Part shown: positions 8,726 through 17,842 of the stretch, one piece after another | How the letters are laid out: each line of letters begins with the position of its first letter | How positions within the stretch are numbered: the stretch's first letter is position 1 | Assembly: GCA_029009035.1 (NCBI GenBank) | Contig: JAQXJQ010000144.1 | Span: forward strand, 1-33,516 | Reading direction: 5' to 3' | Length of the DNA: 33,516 bases | DNA from: Oscillospiraceae bacterium | GTDB lineage: Bacteria; Bacillota; Clostridia; Oscillospirales; Oscillospiraceae | The notes under the pieces: generated by a model | What the model was told of the DNA's origin: nothing | Seen by the model: the letters and a program-made list of their open reading frames with translations, nothing else | The model's database searches: none | Position numbers and translations under genes: made by a program

Positions 8726-10738
8726 ATGGAACAGAAACTTACCCGCCTGCTCACCCCCCAGCTGGGCCTCTGCTTCGCGGTCATGCTGCTGTTTTCCATC
8801 GTCCCCCTGTTTCTGGGCCGCACCGATGTGGCCATTGCCGAGCTGGTCGTCACCGTTCTGGTGGCCGCCGCCTGCTATCTGCGCAGCGTGCGCCACAGAA
8901 ACGCTGCGGCGGAGCTGCTGCGCCAGGTGGCCGACGACCTCACCTCCGCCACCCGTGACAGCACCCTGAACTGTCCCCTGCCCGTCATCATGTTCACACC
9001 GGAGACCGACGAGATCGTCTGGTCCAGCGACCGGTTCCTGCGTATCTGCGGCAGCGAGGAGGGGATCTTTGACACCAATATGGCGGACCTCTGCCCCGGC
9101 TTCAGCACCCGCTGGCTGCTGGAGGGCAAGAATGAATGCCCCGACGAGGTGCTGCTGAAGGACCGGCGCTATCAGGTGTTCGGCAACCTCACCGACTCCC
9201 CCGACAGCGCGGCAGGTCCCCTGGCCACCACCTACTGGCTGGATGTCACCGAGCTGGCCGACACCCGGGACCGCTACCACGCCACCCGCCCGGTGGTGTC
9301 GGTGCTGCTGCTGGACAACTACGAGGACACCATCAAAAACCAGCCCGACAATGTGCGCACCGCCATGCTCAGCGAGATCAACCGCCGGCTGGACCAGTGG
9401 ACCCGGGAGGCCAACGGCTTCCTCTGCCAGCTGGAGCGTGACCGCTATCTGTTCGTATTCGAGCAGCGGCACCTCGCCCACTATCAGTCGGAGAAATTCT
9501 CTGTGCTGGACGCCGTCCGTGAGGTGGACAGCCCCAGCGGCATCCCCGTGACCCTGTCCATCGGCGTGGGGGTGGACGGCGACTCCCCCGCGGAGCTGTT
9601 CCGCTTCGCCATGGTGTCCGCCGATATGGCGCTGTCCCGCGGCGGCGATCAGGCCGTGGTGAAAAACCGCGCCAACTTCGAGTTCTACGGCGGCCGCACC
9701 AAGGAGACCGAGCGCCGCACCAAGGTCAAGAGCCGGGTCATGGCCTCCGCCCTGGGCGAGCTGATGGATGACGCCTCCTGCGTCATGGTCATGGGCCATT
9801 CCGCCGCGGATATGGACGCCGTGGGCGCCGCCGTGGGCGTGTGCGCCATCGCCCGCAAGCGGGGCGTCCCCGCCTATATCATCCGGGAGCTGGGTCCCAC
9901 CCCCGCGGACGAGCTTTACGAACGGGTCAGCGAGATGGAGCGCTACCGCGACTGCTTCCTGGACGGGCAGAACGCCCTGCTCCGGGTGGACAGCGGCACC
10001 CTGCTGGTGGTGGTGGACACCAACCGGCCCGAGCAGGTCTCCAGCCGGGAGCTGCTCAGCGCCTGCGGCAAGGTGGCCGTCATCGACCACCACCGCCGCG
10101 CCGCCACCTATATCGAGGGCGCCGCCCTCAACTTCCACGAGCCCTACGCCTCCTCCGCCAGTGAGCTGGTGACCGAGCTGCTCACCTACCTGCTGGAGCC
10201 GGGCGAACTCAGCCGCGGCGAGGCGGAGGCGCTGCTGGCCGGCCTCATGCTGGACACCAAGAACTTCACCATGCGCACCGGCGGGCGCACCTTTGAGGCC
10301 GCCGCCTTCCTGCGCCGCTCCGGCGGCGACACCGCCGAGGTGCAGAAGCTGTTCCAGACCAACCTCAGCGACGCCATCGCCAAGTACGACATCATTCAGA
10401 ACGCCCGCGTGTGCTACACCGATGTGGCCATCGCCCCCGTGGCCCACGCCGTGGGCCGTGTGACGGCGGCAAAGGCGGCGGACGAGCTGCTGAACATCGC
10501 CGGGATCAACACCTCCTTCGTCCTCTATCAGGACGAGGACAAGGTGGTACTCTCCGCCCGCAGCAACAACGACACCAATGTCCAGGTCATCGCGGAGGCC
10601 CTGGGGGGCGGCGGAAACGCCGCCGCGGCCGGCGCCCAGATGCCCGACACCACCCTGGAGACCGCGGAGGCCCGGCTCCTCGCGGCGCTGGCGGAGTATT
10701 TTACGCCCGACGGAACAGATCCCAACGACGAGGCATAA
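8726..10738 (+). CDS. gdpP: GdpP-type cyclic-di-AMP phosphodiesterase (2 TM, PAS-like, degenerate GGDEF, DHH/DHHA1)
   Basis: RGGDQAVV, EKRTKVKSRV-like segment, MGH..ADMDAVG, VIDHHR, EPYASSASELVTE, DTKNF. AAAGGAG RBS; gdpP-rplI-helicase synteny. Confidence 0.92.
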   Translation: MEQKLTRLLTPQLGLCFAVMLLFSIVPLFLGRTDVAIAELVVTVLVAAACYLRSVRHRNAAAELLRQVADDLTSATRDSTLNCPLPVIMFTPETDEIVWSSDRFLRICGSEEGIFDTNMADLCPGFSTRWLLEGKNECPDEVLLKDRRYQVFGNLTDSPDSAAGPLATTYWLDVTELADTRDRYHATRPVVSVLLLDNYEDTIKNQPDNVRTAMLSEINRRLDQWTREANGFLCQLERDRYLFVFEQRHLAHYQSEKFSVLDAVREVDSPSGIPVTLSIGVGVDGDSPAELFRFAMVSADMALSRGGDQAVVKNRANFEFYGGRTKETERRTKVKSRVMASALGELMDDASCVMVMGHSAADMDAVGAAVGVCAIARKRGVPAYIIRELGPTPADELYERVSEMERYRDCFLDGQNALLRVDSGTLLVVVDTNRPEQVSSRELLSACGKVAVIDHHRRAATYIEGAALNFHEPYASSASELVTELLTYLLEPGELSRGEAEALLAGLMLDTKNFTMRTGGRTFEAAAFLRRSGGDTAEVQKLFQTNLSDAIAKYDIIQNARVCYTDVAIAPVAHAVGRVTAAKAADELLNIAGINTSFVLYQDEDKVVLSARSNNDTNVQVIAEALGGGGNAAAAGAQMPDTTLETAEARLLAALAEYFTPDGTDPNDEA

Positions 10739-10775
10739 CGCCTCAGCCTATAACCAACAACAGGAGGTAATTCCC

Positions 10776-11222
10776 ATGAAAGTGATTTTGCAGCAGGATG
10801 TAAAGGGCCACGGCAAGAAGGGCCAGATGGTGGAGGTCTCCGACGGCTACGCCCGCAACTTCCTTCTCCCCCGCAAGCTGGCCGTGGAGGCCACCGCCGA
10901 AAATGTCAACACCATGAAGATGCAGGACAAGGCCAAGAAGGCCCGTGAGGCCGAGGAAAAGGCCCAGGCCCAGGCCATTGCCGAGCAGCTCAAGAGCTGC
11001 CAGGTGAAGATCTCCGCCAAGGCCGGTCAGGGCGGCCGCCTCTTCGGCTCCGTCACCAGCAAGGAGATCTCCGAGGCCCTCAAGGCCCAGCACAGCCTGG
11101 ATGTGAACAAGACCAAGATCGTCCTGCCCGAGCCCATCAAGGGCTTCGGCTCCTTCGAGGTCAAGTGCAAGCTGGGCTACGAAGTGACGGGCACCATCTA
11201 CGTCCTCGTCATCGAGGCCTGA
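10776..11222 (+). CDS. rplI: 50S ribosomal protein L9
   Basis: MKVILQQDVKGHGKKGQMVEVSDGYARNFLLP, GRLFGSVT; 148 aa; GGAGG RBS. Confidence 0.97.
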   Translation: MKVILQQDVKGHGKKGQMVEVSDGYARNFLLPRKLAVEATAENVNTMKMQDKAKKAREAEEKAQAQAIAEQLKSCQVKISAKAGQGGRLFGSVTSKEISEALKAQHSLDVNKTKIVLPEPIKGFGSFEVKCKLGYEVTGTIYVLVIEA

Positions 11223-11279
11223 CCGTCCGCTTTTCACCATTCTCTCTTACCTTTTACCTCGTCTCCGGGGGGTGCTTTT

Positions 11280-12641
11280 ATGGACGAACTGAATAATCTG
11301 GCCATGCCCCACAGCATCGAGGCGGAGCAGGCCGTCCTCGGCTCCATGCTCATTGATGACCGCTGCGTGGCCGATGTGGCCCAGCGGCTCACGCCGGAGG
11401 ACTTCTATATGCGGCAGAACCGGGAGCTGTATCAGGTGCTTTTCGGCATGTTCAACCGCTATGAGACCATCGACCCGGTGACCGTGCTGGACCGCATGAA
11501 GCAGGCCGGGGTGTATGACGAGAACACCAGCGTGGCCTACCTGCGCCAGCTCATGGAGATCACGCCCACCGCCGCCAATGTGCTGGAGTACGCCGCCATC
11601 GTGGCAGACAAGGCCCTGCTGCGCCGCATCGGTGAGACCGCCACGGAGCTGGTGGGCATGGTCCACAGCGAGAGCGGCACCGCCCCCCAGATCCTGGAGG
11701 CGGCAGAGCAGCGGATCTACAACATCCGGCAGGGCCGCTCCTCCCTGGGCATGACCCACATCTCCACCGTCATGACCCAGGTGTGGGACACCATCAAGGA
11801 GCGTCAGGCCTCCGGACAGGAGTTCCCCGGCATCTCCACCGGCCTTGTGGACCTGGACCGGCGCATCACCGGCCTCAACGACTCCGACCTGCTCATTCTG
11901 GCCGCCCGTCCCGGCATGGGCAAAACCTCCCTGGCCCTGAACATGGCCTCCTACGCCGGCAAGTACTCCGGCAAAAATGTGGCCATCTTTTCCCTGGAAA
12001 TGAGCCGGGAGCAGCTGGGCGCCCGCCTGCTGTCCAGCGAGTGTCTGGTGGACAACAAAAAGCTCCTCACCGGGCGCATCACCGGCGAGGATGAGTGGTC
12101 CCGGGTGGCCATGGGCGTGGCCAGCCTCAGCCAGGCGAAAATTTATATTGACGACGACGCCTCCCTCTCCGTGGCCGACATCAACGCCAAGTGCCGGCGA
12201 ATCAAAAATCTGGGTCTGGTCATCATCGACTACCTGCAGCTGATGACCTCCGCCGGCGGCCCCGCCAAATCCGGGGAGAACCGCCAGCAGATCGTGTCCG
12301 ATATGTCCCGCTCCCTGAAGCTGATGGCCAAGGAGCTGCGGGTACCCGTGCTCTGTATGTCCCAGCTCTCCCGCGCCGGCACCGGCGGCGGCACCTCCAC
12401 CCCCCGCAAGCCCATGCTGTCCGACCTGCGTGAGTCCGGCGCCATCGAGCAGGACGCCGACATCGTCATGTTCATCCACCGCGAGAGCTACTACAATGAG
12501 GACTCGGAAAACCCCAATGTGGCGGAGTGCATCATCGCCAAAAACCGCCACGGCGAGACCGGCTCGGTGATGCTGGAGTGGCGTCCCGAGTACACCCTGT
12601 TCCGCAATCTGGCCTACCGCGTCGAGGAAGAGGATTACTGA
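11280..12641 (+). CDS. dnaB: Replicative DNA helicase DnaB (DnaC in Bacillus nomenclature)
   Basis: PHSIEAEQAVLG, AARPGMGKT, FSLEMS, IIDYLQLM, LSDLRESGAIEQDAD, AKNRHG. No intein. Confidence 0.96.
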   Translation: MDELNNLAMPHSIEAEQAVLGSMLIDDRCVADVAQRLTPEDFYMRQNRELYQVLFGMFNRYETIDPVTVLDRMKQAGVYDENTSVAYLRQLMEITPTAANVLEYAAIVADKALLRRIGETATELVGMVHSESGTAPQILEAAEQRIYNIRQGRSSLGMTHISTVMTQVWDTIKERQASGQEFPGISTGLVDLDRRITGLNDSDLLILAARPGMGKTSLALNMASYAGKYSGKNVAIFSLEMSREQLGARLLSSECLVDNKKLLTGRITGEDEWSRVAMGVASLSQAKIYIDDDASLSVADINAKCRRIKNLGLVIIDYLQLMTSAGGPAKSGENRQQIVSDMSRSLKLMAKELRVPVLCMSQLSRAGTGGGTSTPRKPMLSDLRESGAIEQDADIVMFIHRESYYNEDSENPNVAECIIAKNRHGETGSVMLEWRPEYTLFRNLAYRVEEEDY

Positions 12642-13978
12642 TGGCGGAAGACGGATTTCGCTTCGGGCTGATCCCCCCCGGGTCACGGGTCCTCTGCGCC
12701 CTGTCCGGCGGCGCGGACTCCATGTACCTGCTCTGCCGCCTCATGGGGGCGGGCGTGGAGGTGCGGGCCGCCCATTTCAACCACCGCCTGCGCGACGCCG
12801 CCGACCGGGAGGAGGCATTTGTCCGCGCCTGGTGCGGGGAGCACGGCGTCCCCCTCACCGTGGGCAGCGGCGATGTGCGCGCCTTTGCCGCGGAGCACGG
12901 CATGGGTCTGGAGGAGGCCGCCCGAAACCTGCGCTACGATTTCCTCCGCCGCACCGCAGAGGAGACCGGCTGCAGCCTCATCGCCACCGGCCACCACGCC
13001 GGGGACAACGCGGAAACGCTGCTCATGAACCTCATCCGGGGCTGCGGGCTGAACGGCCTGTGCGGCATCCCGGAGCAGCGGGGCAATGTCATCCGCCCCA
13101 TGCTGGGCCTGAGCCGGGAGGAGATTCTCCTTTATTTGGAGCGGCACGGCGTCCCCCATGTGGAGGATGAGAGCAACGGCGACACAGACTACACCAGAAA
13201 CCGCATCCGCCATCAGGTCATCCCCCTGCTGGAGGAGCTGAACCCAAAGGCAGCCGCCCATATCTCCGCCGCCGCCCTCCGCCTGCGGCAGGACGAGGCC
13301 CTTTTGACGGCACAGGCGGAGCAGCTGCTGGCATCGTGTGAAGAGACGGAGGCCGAAGTCCGCCTCTCCGCCTCCATGCTGGCCCGGGCCCCCGCCCCCA
13401 TCGCCCTGCGCTCGCTGAAGGCCCTGCTCCCCGGCTGCGGCGCTGTCCATCTGGAGCAGGTGTTGGCCCTGTGTTCCCGTCCCTCCGGGCAGCTGGATGT
13501 GCCCGGCTGCACCGTCTCCCGCGCCCATGACCTGCTGGTCATCACCCGCGCCCCCCTGCCCGTCCCCCCGCCCGCTCCCCTGTCCGCGGGCGAGCAGAGG
13601 TGGGGTATGTGGCGCATCCTTTACCTTGAAGATACCTGTCCCGCCAAGGCCTACCGCTCTGTGAGCGAGTTCTGGCTGGCGGCAGATACCTATATGATCC
13701 GCCCCCGGCAGGAGGGGGATCGCATCCAACTTGGGCACCGTCCCGCCAAAACCGTAAAAAAATGGATGATCGAGCAGCGCATCCCCCGCCACCTCCGCTC
13801 CCAGGCCCCCGTCATCGCCCGTCCCGACGGTCAGCCTGCCGCCGTGGGCGGTCTCGGGCCCCATTGGGAAGCCCTGGCCAAGCCGGGCACGCGCTGCCTG
13901 CACATCGTGATGGAGAAAGAGGAGAGTTCATCATGCATCAGGACATCGAGAGCATTCTGTTCAGCGAAGAGACCCTGA
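12641..13978 (+). CDS. tilS: tRNA(Ile)-lysidine synthetase
   Basis: PP-loop ALSGGADS, HFNHRLR, EEAARNLRY, GHHAGDNAET, DESN..YTRNRIR. Start overlaps the dnaB stop (TGATG). Confidence 0.93.
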   Translation: MAEDGFRFGLIPPGSRVLCALSGGADSMYLLCRLMGAGVEVRAAHFNHRLRDAADREEAFVRAWCGEHGVPLTVGSGDVRAFAAEHGMGLEEAARNLRYDFLRRTAEETGCSLIATGHHAGDNAETLLMNLIRGCGLNGLCGIPEQRGNVIRPMLGLSREEILLYLERHGVPHVEDESNGDTDYTRNRIRHQVIPLLEELNPKAAAHISAAALRLRQDEALLTAQAEQLLASCEETEAEVRLSASMLARAPAPIALRSLKALLPGCGAVHLEQVLALCSRPSGQLDVPGCTVSRAHDLLVITRAPLPVPPPAPLSAGEQRWGMWRILYLEDTCPAKAYRSVSEFWLAADTYMIRPRQEGDRIQLGHRPAKTVKKWMIEQRIPRHLRSQAPVIARPDGQPAAVGGLGPHWEALAKPGTRCLHIVMEKEESSSCIRTSRAFCSAKRP

Positions 13979-14475
13979 AGGCCCGGGTGGCCCAGCTGGG
14001 CGCGCAGATCACCGCCGACTACCGGGGCAAGGACCTGGTGGCCGCCTGTATCCTGCGCGGCTCCTATATCTTTATGGCCGACCTGACCCGGGCCATCGAC
14101 CTGCCCCTCACCGTGGACTTCATGGCCGTGTCCTCCTACGGCGCGGGCACCAGCTCCTCCGGGCAGGTGGAGATCCGCAAGGACCTGTCCGACCCCATCG
14201 AGGGCAAGGACCTGCTCATCGTGGAGGACATTCTGGACTCCGGCAACACCCTGTTCTACCTCCGGGATGTGCTGGCCGCCCGGAAGCCCGCCTCCATCAA
14301 GATCTGCACCCTGATGGATAAGCCCGACCGCCGCACCAAGCCCATCCATGCCGACTATGTGGGCTTCACCATCCCCGACGCCTTCGTGGTGGGCTACGGT
14401 CTGGACTACGCGGAGAAATACCGCAACCTGCCCTATGTGGGCATCGTCAAACCCAGCGTCTACGGCGGAGCATAA
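13933..14475 (+). CDS. hpt: Hypoxanthine phosphoribosyltransferase
   Basis: PRPP motif LLIVEDILDSGNTL, SSYG, FVVGYGLDYAEKYRNLPY. GAGGAG RBS before ATG 13933. Confidence 0.96.
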   Translation: MHQDIESILFSEETLKARVAQLGAQITADYRGKDLVAACILRGSYIFMADLTRAIDLPLTVDFMAVSSYGAGTSSSGQVEIRKDLSDPIEGKDLLIVEDILDSGNTLFYLRDVLAARKPASIKICTLMDKPDRRTKPIHADYVGFTIPDAFVVGYGLDYAEKYRNLPYVGIVKPSVYGGA

Positions 14476-14520
14476 AGAAACCCGCCGCCCAACATTCCAT
14501 CCATACTGCGAGGTACCGCC

Positions 14521-16365
14521 GTGAAAACAACGAACCGATCCCCCCTGCGCACATTTTTTGTCTACGCCGTGCTGCTGGCCCTTCTGCTGTGGGCCTTTTC
14601 CGCCTTCAGCAGCAATCGCAGCGCCGACTACATCACCTTCGCCAACATGGACTCCCTGTTCCGCCAGGAGCAGGTGACCTCCTTCTCGGTGGACAAGAAC
14701 GATGTGGTGACCCTCAAGCTGAAGGACGGCAGCGTGAAATATCACGCCCTGGCCGACCTGTCCCTCTTTGACGAGGCGCTGGGCAGCCTCATCACCGAGC
14801 AGAAGGCCGACGGCATCCTCACCGACTACGACTTCGCCCAGAAGACCACCCTGCCCGTCTGGGTGCAGCTCACCCTGCCCGCCGTGGTCTCCGTGGTGGT
14901 GGTCCTGCTGGTGTGGGGCACCATGGCCGCCCGCCAGAACGCCCAGAACGGACAGGGCGGCATGGCCGGCTTCGGCAAGGCCCGCACCACCGCCGGCCAG
15001 AAGAGCACCGTCACCTTTGCCGATGTGGCCGGCGCCGACGAGGAGAAGGCTGAGCTGCAGGAGCTGGTGGACTTCCTCAAGGACCCCCGGAAGTTCACCG
15101 ATCTGGGCGCCCGCATCCCCAAGGGCGTGCTGCTGGTGGGCCCTCCGGGCACCGGCAAGACCCTGCTGGCCAAGGCCGTGGCCGGAGAAGCCGGGGTGAA
15201 TTTCCTGTCCATCTCCGGCTCCGACTTTGTGGAGCTGTATGTGGGCGTGGGCGCCTCCCGCGTGCGCGACCTGTTTGACCAGGCCAAAAAGGACGCCCCA
15301 GCCATTGTGTTCATCGACGAGATCGACGCCGTGGGCCGCCAGAGAGGCACCGGCCTGGGCGGCGGTCACGACGAGCGGGAGCAGACCCTCAACCAGCTGC
15401 TGGTGGAGATGGACGGCTTTGCCGCCAACGAGGGGGTCATCGTGCTGGCCGCCACCAACCGGCAGGACATTCTGGACCCCGCCCTGCTCCGCCCCGGCCG
15501 CTTTGACCGGCAGGTCTATGTGGGCCGTCCCGACATGAAGGGCCGGGAGGAGATCCTCCGGGTCCATGCCCGCAACAAGCCCCTGGCCGAGGATGTGGAT
15601 CTGAAGGAGATCGCCCGGGAGACCACCGGATTTACCGGCGCGGATCTGGAAAACCTGATGAATGAGTCCGCCCTGCTGGCCGCACGGCAGGGTCTCCGAT
15701 ATATCACTCTGACCCATATCCAGCAGTCCATCATCAAGGTGATCGCCGGCCCGGAGAAGAAGAGCCGCGCCCAGATCGAGGAGGACCGCCGCATCACCGC
15801 CTATCATGAGGCCGGTCACGCCGTGGTGAGCCATGCGCTGCCCACCCAGGACCCCGTGCAGCAGATCACCATCGTCCCCCGTGGCCAGGCCGCCGGCATG
15901 ACCATCAACCGCCCCCAGGAGGACCGCAGCCATGTGACACGCCAGCGCCTCACCGAGACCCTGTCCACCCTGCTGGGCGGACGGTGCGCCGAGGACACCG
16001 CCCTGGGCTTCATCTGCACCGGCGCCGTCAGCGACCTGCAGCGGGCCACCGAGATCGCCCGGGACATGGTCACCAAGTACGGCATGAGCGAAACGCTGGG
16101 CAACGTCACCTTCACCTCCGGCTCCGACGAGGTGTTCATCGGCCGCTCCATGGCCCAGGCCAAGCCCTATTCCGAGCAGACCGCCGCCCTCATCGACGCC
16201 GAGGTCAAGCGCCTGCTGGACGAGGCCTATGACAAGTGCCGGGAGATCCTCACCCGCGACCGGGACAAGCTGGAGCTGGTGGCCCGGTTCCTGCTGAAGC
16301 ACGAGACCATGGACATGGAGCAGTTCCGCCTGGTCTACGACGACCCCGCCGCCCTGGACCTGTGA
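14521..16365 (+). CDS. ftsH: ATP-dependent zinc metalloprotease FtsH
   Basis: 2 TM segments, [20 protein letters not shown] region [10 protein letters not shown], zinc motif HEAGH; GTG start. Confidence 0.97.
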   Translation: MKTTNRSPLRTFFVYAVLLALLLWAFSAFSSNRSADYITFANMDSLFRQEQVTSFSVDKNDVVTLKLKDGSVKYHALADLSLFDEALGSLITEQKADGILTDYDFAQKTTLPVWVQLTLPAVVSVVVVLLVWGTMAARQNAQNGQGGMAGFGKARTTAGQKSTVTFADVAGADEEKAELQELVDFLKDPRKFTDLGARIPKGVLLVGPPGTGKTLLAKAVAGEAGVNFLSISGSDFVELYVGVGASRVRDLFDQAKKDAPAIVFIDEIDAVGRQRGTGLGGGHDEREQTLNQLLVEMDGFAANEGVIVLAATNRQDILDPALLRPGRFDRQVYVGRPDMKGREEILRVHARNKPLAEDVDLKEIARETTGFTGADLENLMNESALLAARQGLRYITLTHIQQSIIKVIAGPEKKSRAQIEEDRRITAYHEAGHAVVSHALPTQDPVQQITIVPRGQAAGMTINRPQEDRSHVTRQRLTETLSTLLGGRCAEDTALGFICTGAVSDLQRATEIARDMVTKYGMSETLGNVTFTSGSDEVFIGRSMAQAKPYSEQTAALIDAEVKRLLDEAYDKCREILTRDRDKLELVARFLLKHETMDMEQFRLVYDDPAALDL

Positions 16366-16381
16366 AAAAAGGAGACTGAGC

Positions 16382-16945
16382 ATGGATCATTCACCCGAAG
16401 AAGCCAAGACCTCACGAAGCAGCGAGCTGTATCAGAACGCCCGCACGCTGGCCGTGGTCCTGTCCGTCATCATTCTCTTTTTCACCTTTGTGGGCCGCAT
16501 CATCGTGGTCAGCGGCCCCTCCATGGAAAACACCCTCCACAACGCCGACGCCATGCTGGTCTGGAGCCTGGGCTACAAGCCCAGACAGGGGGATGTGGTG
16601 GTGCTCACCCAGCGCACCTTCCAGGAGGACTCCATCGTCAAGCGGGTCATCGCCGTGGGCGGCCAGAGCGTGGACATTGATTACACCTCCGGCCTCGTCT
16701 ATGTGGACGGAGCGGTGCTCCACGAGGACTACACCAAGGAGCCCATGCGCATCCCCGCCTACGGCGAGGGTCTCAACCACCTCACCGTGCCCGAGGGCTG
16801 CATCTTCGTCATGGGCGACAACCGCAATCACTCCGCCGACAGCCGCTACCCGGATATCGGCCTGGTGGACGAGCGCTGTGTCATCGGGAAGTCCATCATG
16901 GTGCTCTTCCCCTTCTCACACTTCACGTTCCTGAGAGGAGGCTGA
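16382..16945 (+). CDS. lepB: Signal peptidase I
   Basis: Catalytic Ser in GPSMENTL, Lys in IVKRVIA, box E GDNRNHSADSR, single N-terminal TM. Confidence 0.94.
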   Translation: MDHSPEEAKTSRSSELYQNARTLAVVLSVIILFFTFVGRIIVVSGPSMENTLHNADAMLVWSLGYKPRQGDVVVLTQRTFQEDSIVKRVIAVGGQSVDIDYTSGLVYVDGAVLHEDYTKEPMRIPAYGEGLNHLTVPEGCIFVMGDNRNHSADSRYPDIGLVDERCVIGKSIMVLFPFSHFTFLRGG

Positions 16946-16948
16946 GAG

Positions 16949-17842
16949 ATGAACGACCTGAAACACCGTGAGCTCACGCTGCCGATCCTGTCGGTGGTGC
17001 TGGGTCTTTTGTGCGCCGCCGTGCGCAGATGGCAGCTGGCCACCGCCTTTGAGGGCGAGGCGGAGCTGGTCAAGCCCTTCGCCCCCGCCTCCATGGTCCT
17101 TCTGGCCCTGCTCATCCTCTCCGCGGCGGCCCTGTTCCTGCTCACACGGCAGGTGCGCGTCTGCAAACAGCTGCGGAAGGCCCCCGCCCCCGCCCTCTCC
17201 GCCCGGGGAAGCCTCCCCGTCATGCTGGTGCTGGTCACCGCCGCCTTCCTCAGCCTCATCGCCGCCCCCCTGCTGGTGCGCAGCGGTCTGGAGGCCAGAG
17301 CCGCCTACGAGGCCGCCAAGGCCTACTACGACGGCTCCATCCCCCCCGGCAGCAACGGTCTGCTCACCCTCATCAGCGCAGCCACCGCCCTGCTTGCCTG
17401 CCCGGGTCTGCTGATGGCCGCCAAGGCCGCCTACCGCGATCTGGACCGGGGCCGCATGGGTGTCCTGCTGCCGGTGCTGAACTGCTGCGTGTGGCTGATG
17501 GACACCTACCGCAGCCATGCCGCCAACCCCATTCAGTGGAGCTACGCCCCCATGCTGCTGGCCATCATCTGCGGCGCGCTGTTCTATCTGGACTGGGCGG
17601 GCTTCCACGCCATGGACGCCAAGCCCCGCCGCCTGCTGTGGCTGGCGGGCATGACGGTGGTGCTCAGCGCCGCCGCCCTGGCCGGAAATTGGCGCCTGGG
17701 CGACGCGGTCCTGCTCACTTCCCAGCTGCTCAGCGCCATGGCCCTGCTGTGGCTGCTGCCCCACAATCTGAAACACCCGCCGGAGCCGGCCCAGCCCAGC
17801 GCTCCGATTCAAGAAAACCCGGAGGTCGATCCCAATGAGTGA
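16949..17842 (+). CDS. Hypothetical polytopic membrane protein
   Basis: About 8 hydrophobic segments, GGAGG RBS, host-like codon usage, fills the gap between lepB and metG. No family recognised. Confidence 0.8.
   Translation: MNDLKHRELTLPILSVVLGLLCAAVRRWQLATAFEGEAELVKPFAPASMVLLALLILSAAALFLLTRQVRVCKQLRKAPAPALSARGSLPVMLVLVTAAFLSLIAAPLLVRSGLEARAAYEAAKAYYDGSIPPGSNGLLTLISAATALLACPGLLMAAKAAYRDLDRGRMGVLLPVLNCCVWLMDTYRSHAANPIQWSYAPMLLAIICGALFYLDWAGFHAMDAKPRRLLWLAGMTVVLSAAALAGNWRLGDAVLLTSQLLSAMALLWLLPHNLKHPPEPAQPSAPIQENPEVDPNE

Noticed and set aside
12365-12410. Gly/Thr-rich insert in DnaB (SRAGTGGGTSTPRKP) as a possible intein remnant
   Set aside because: It is only a few residues in a variable loop, with no intein splice motifs, and the protein length is normal.
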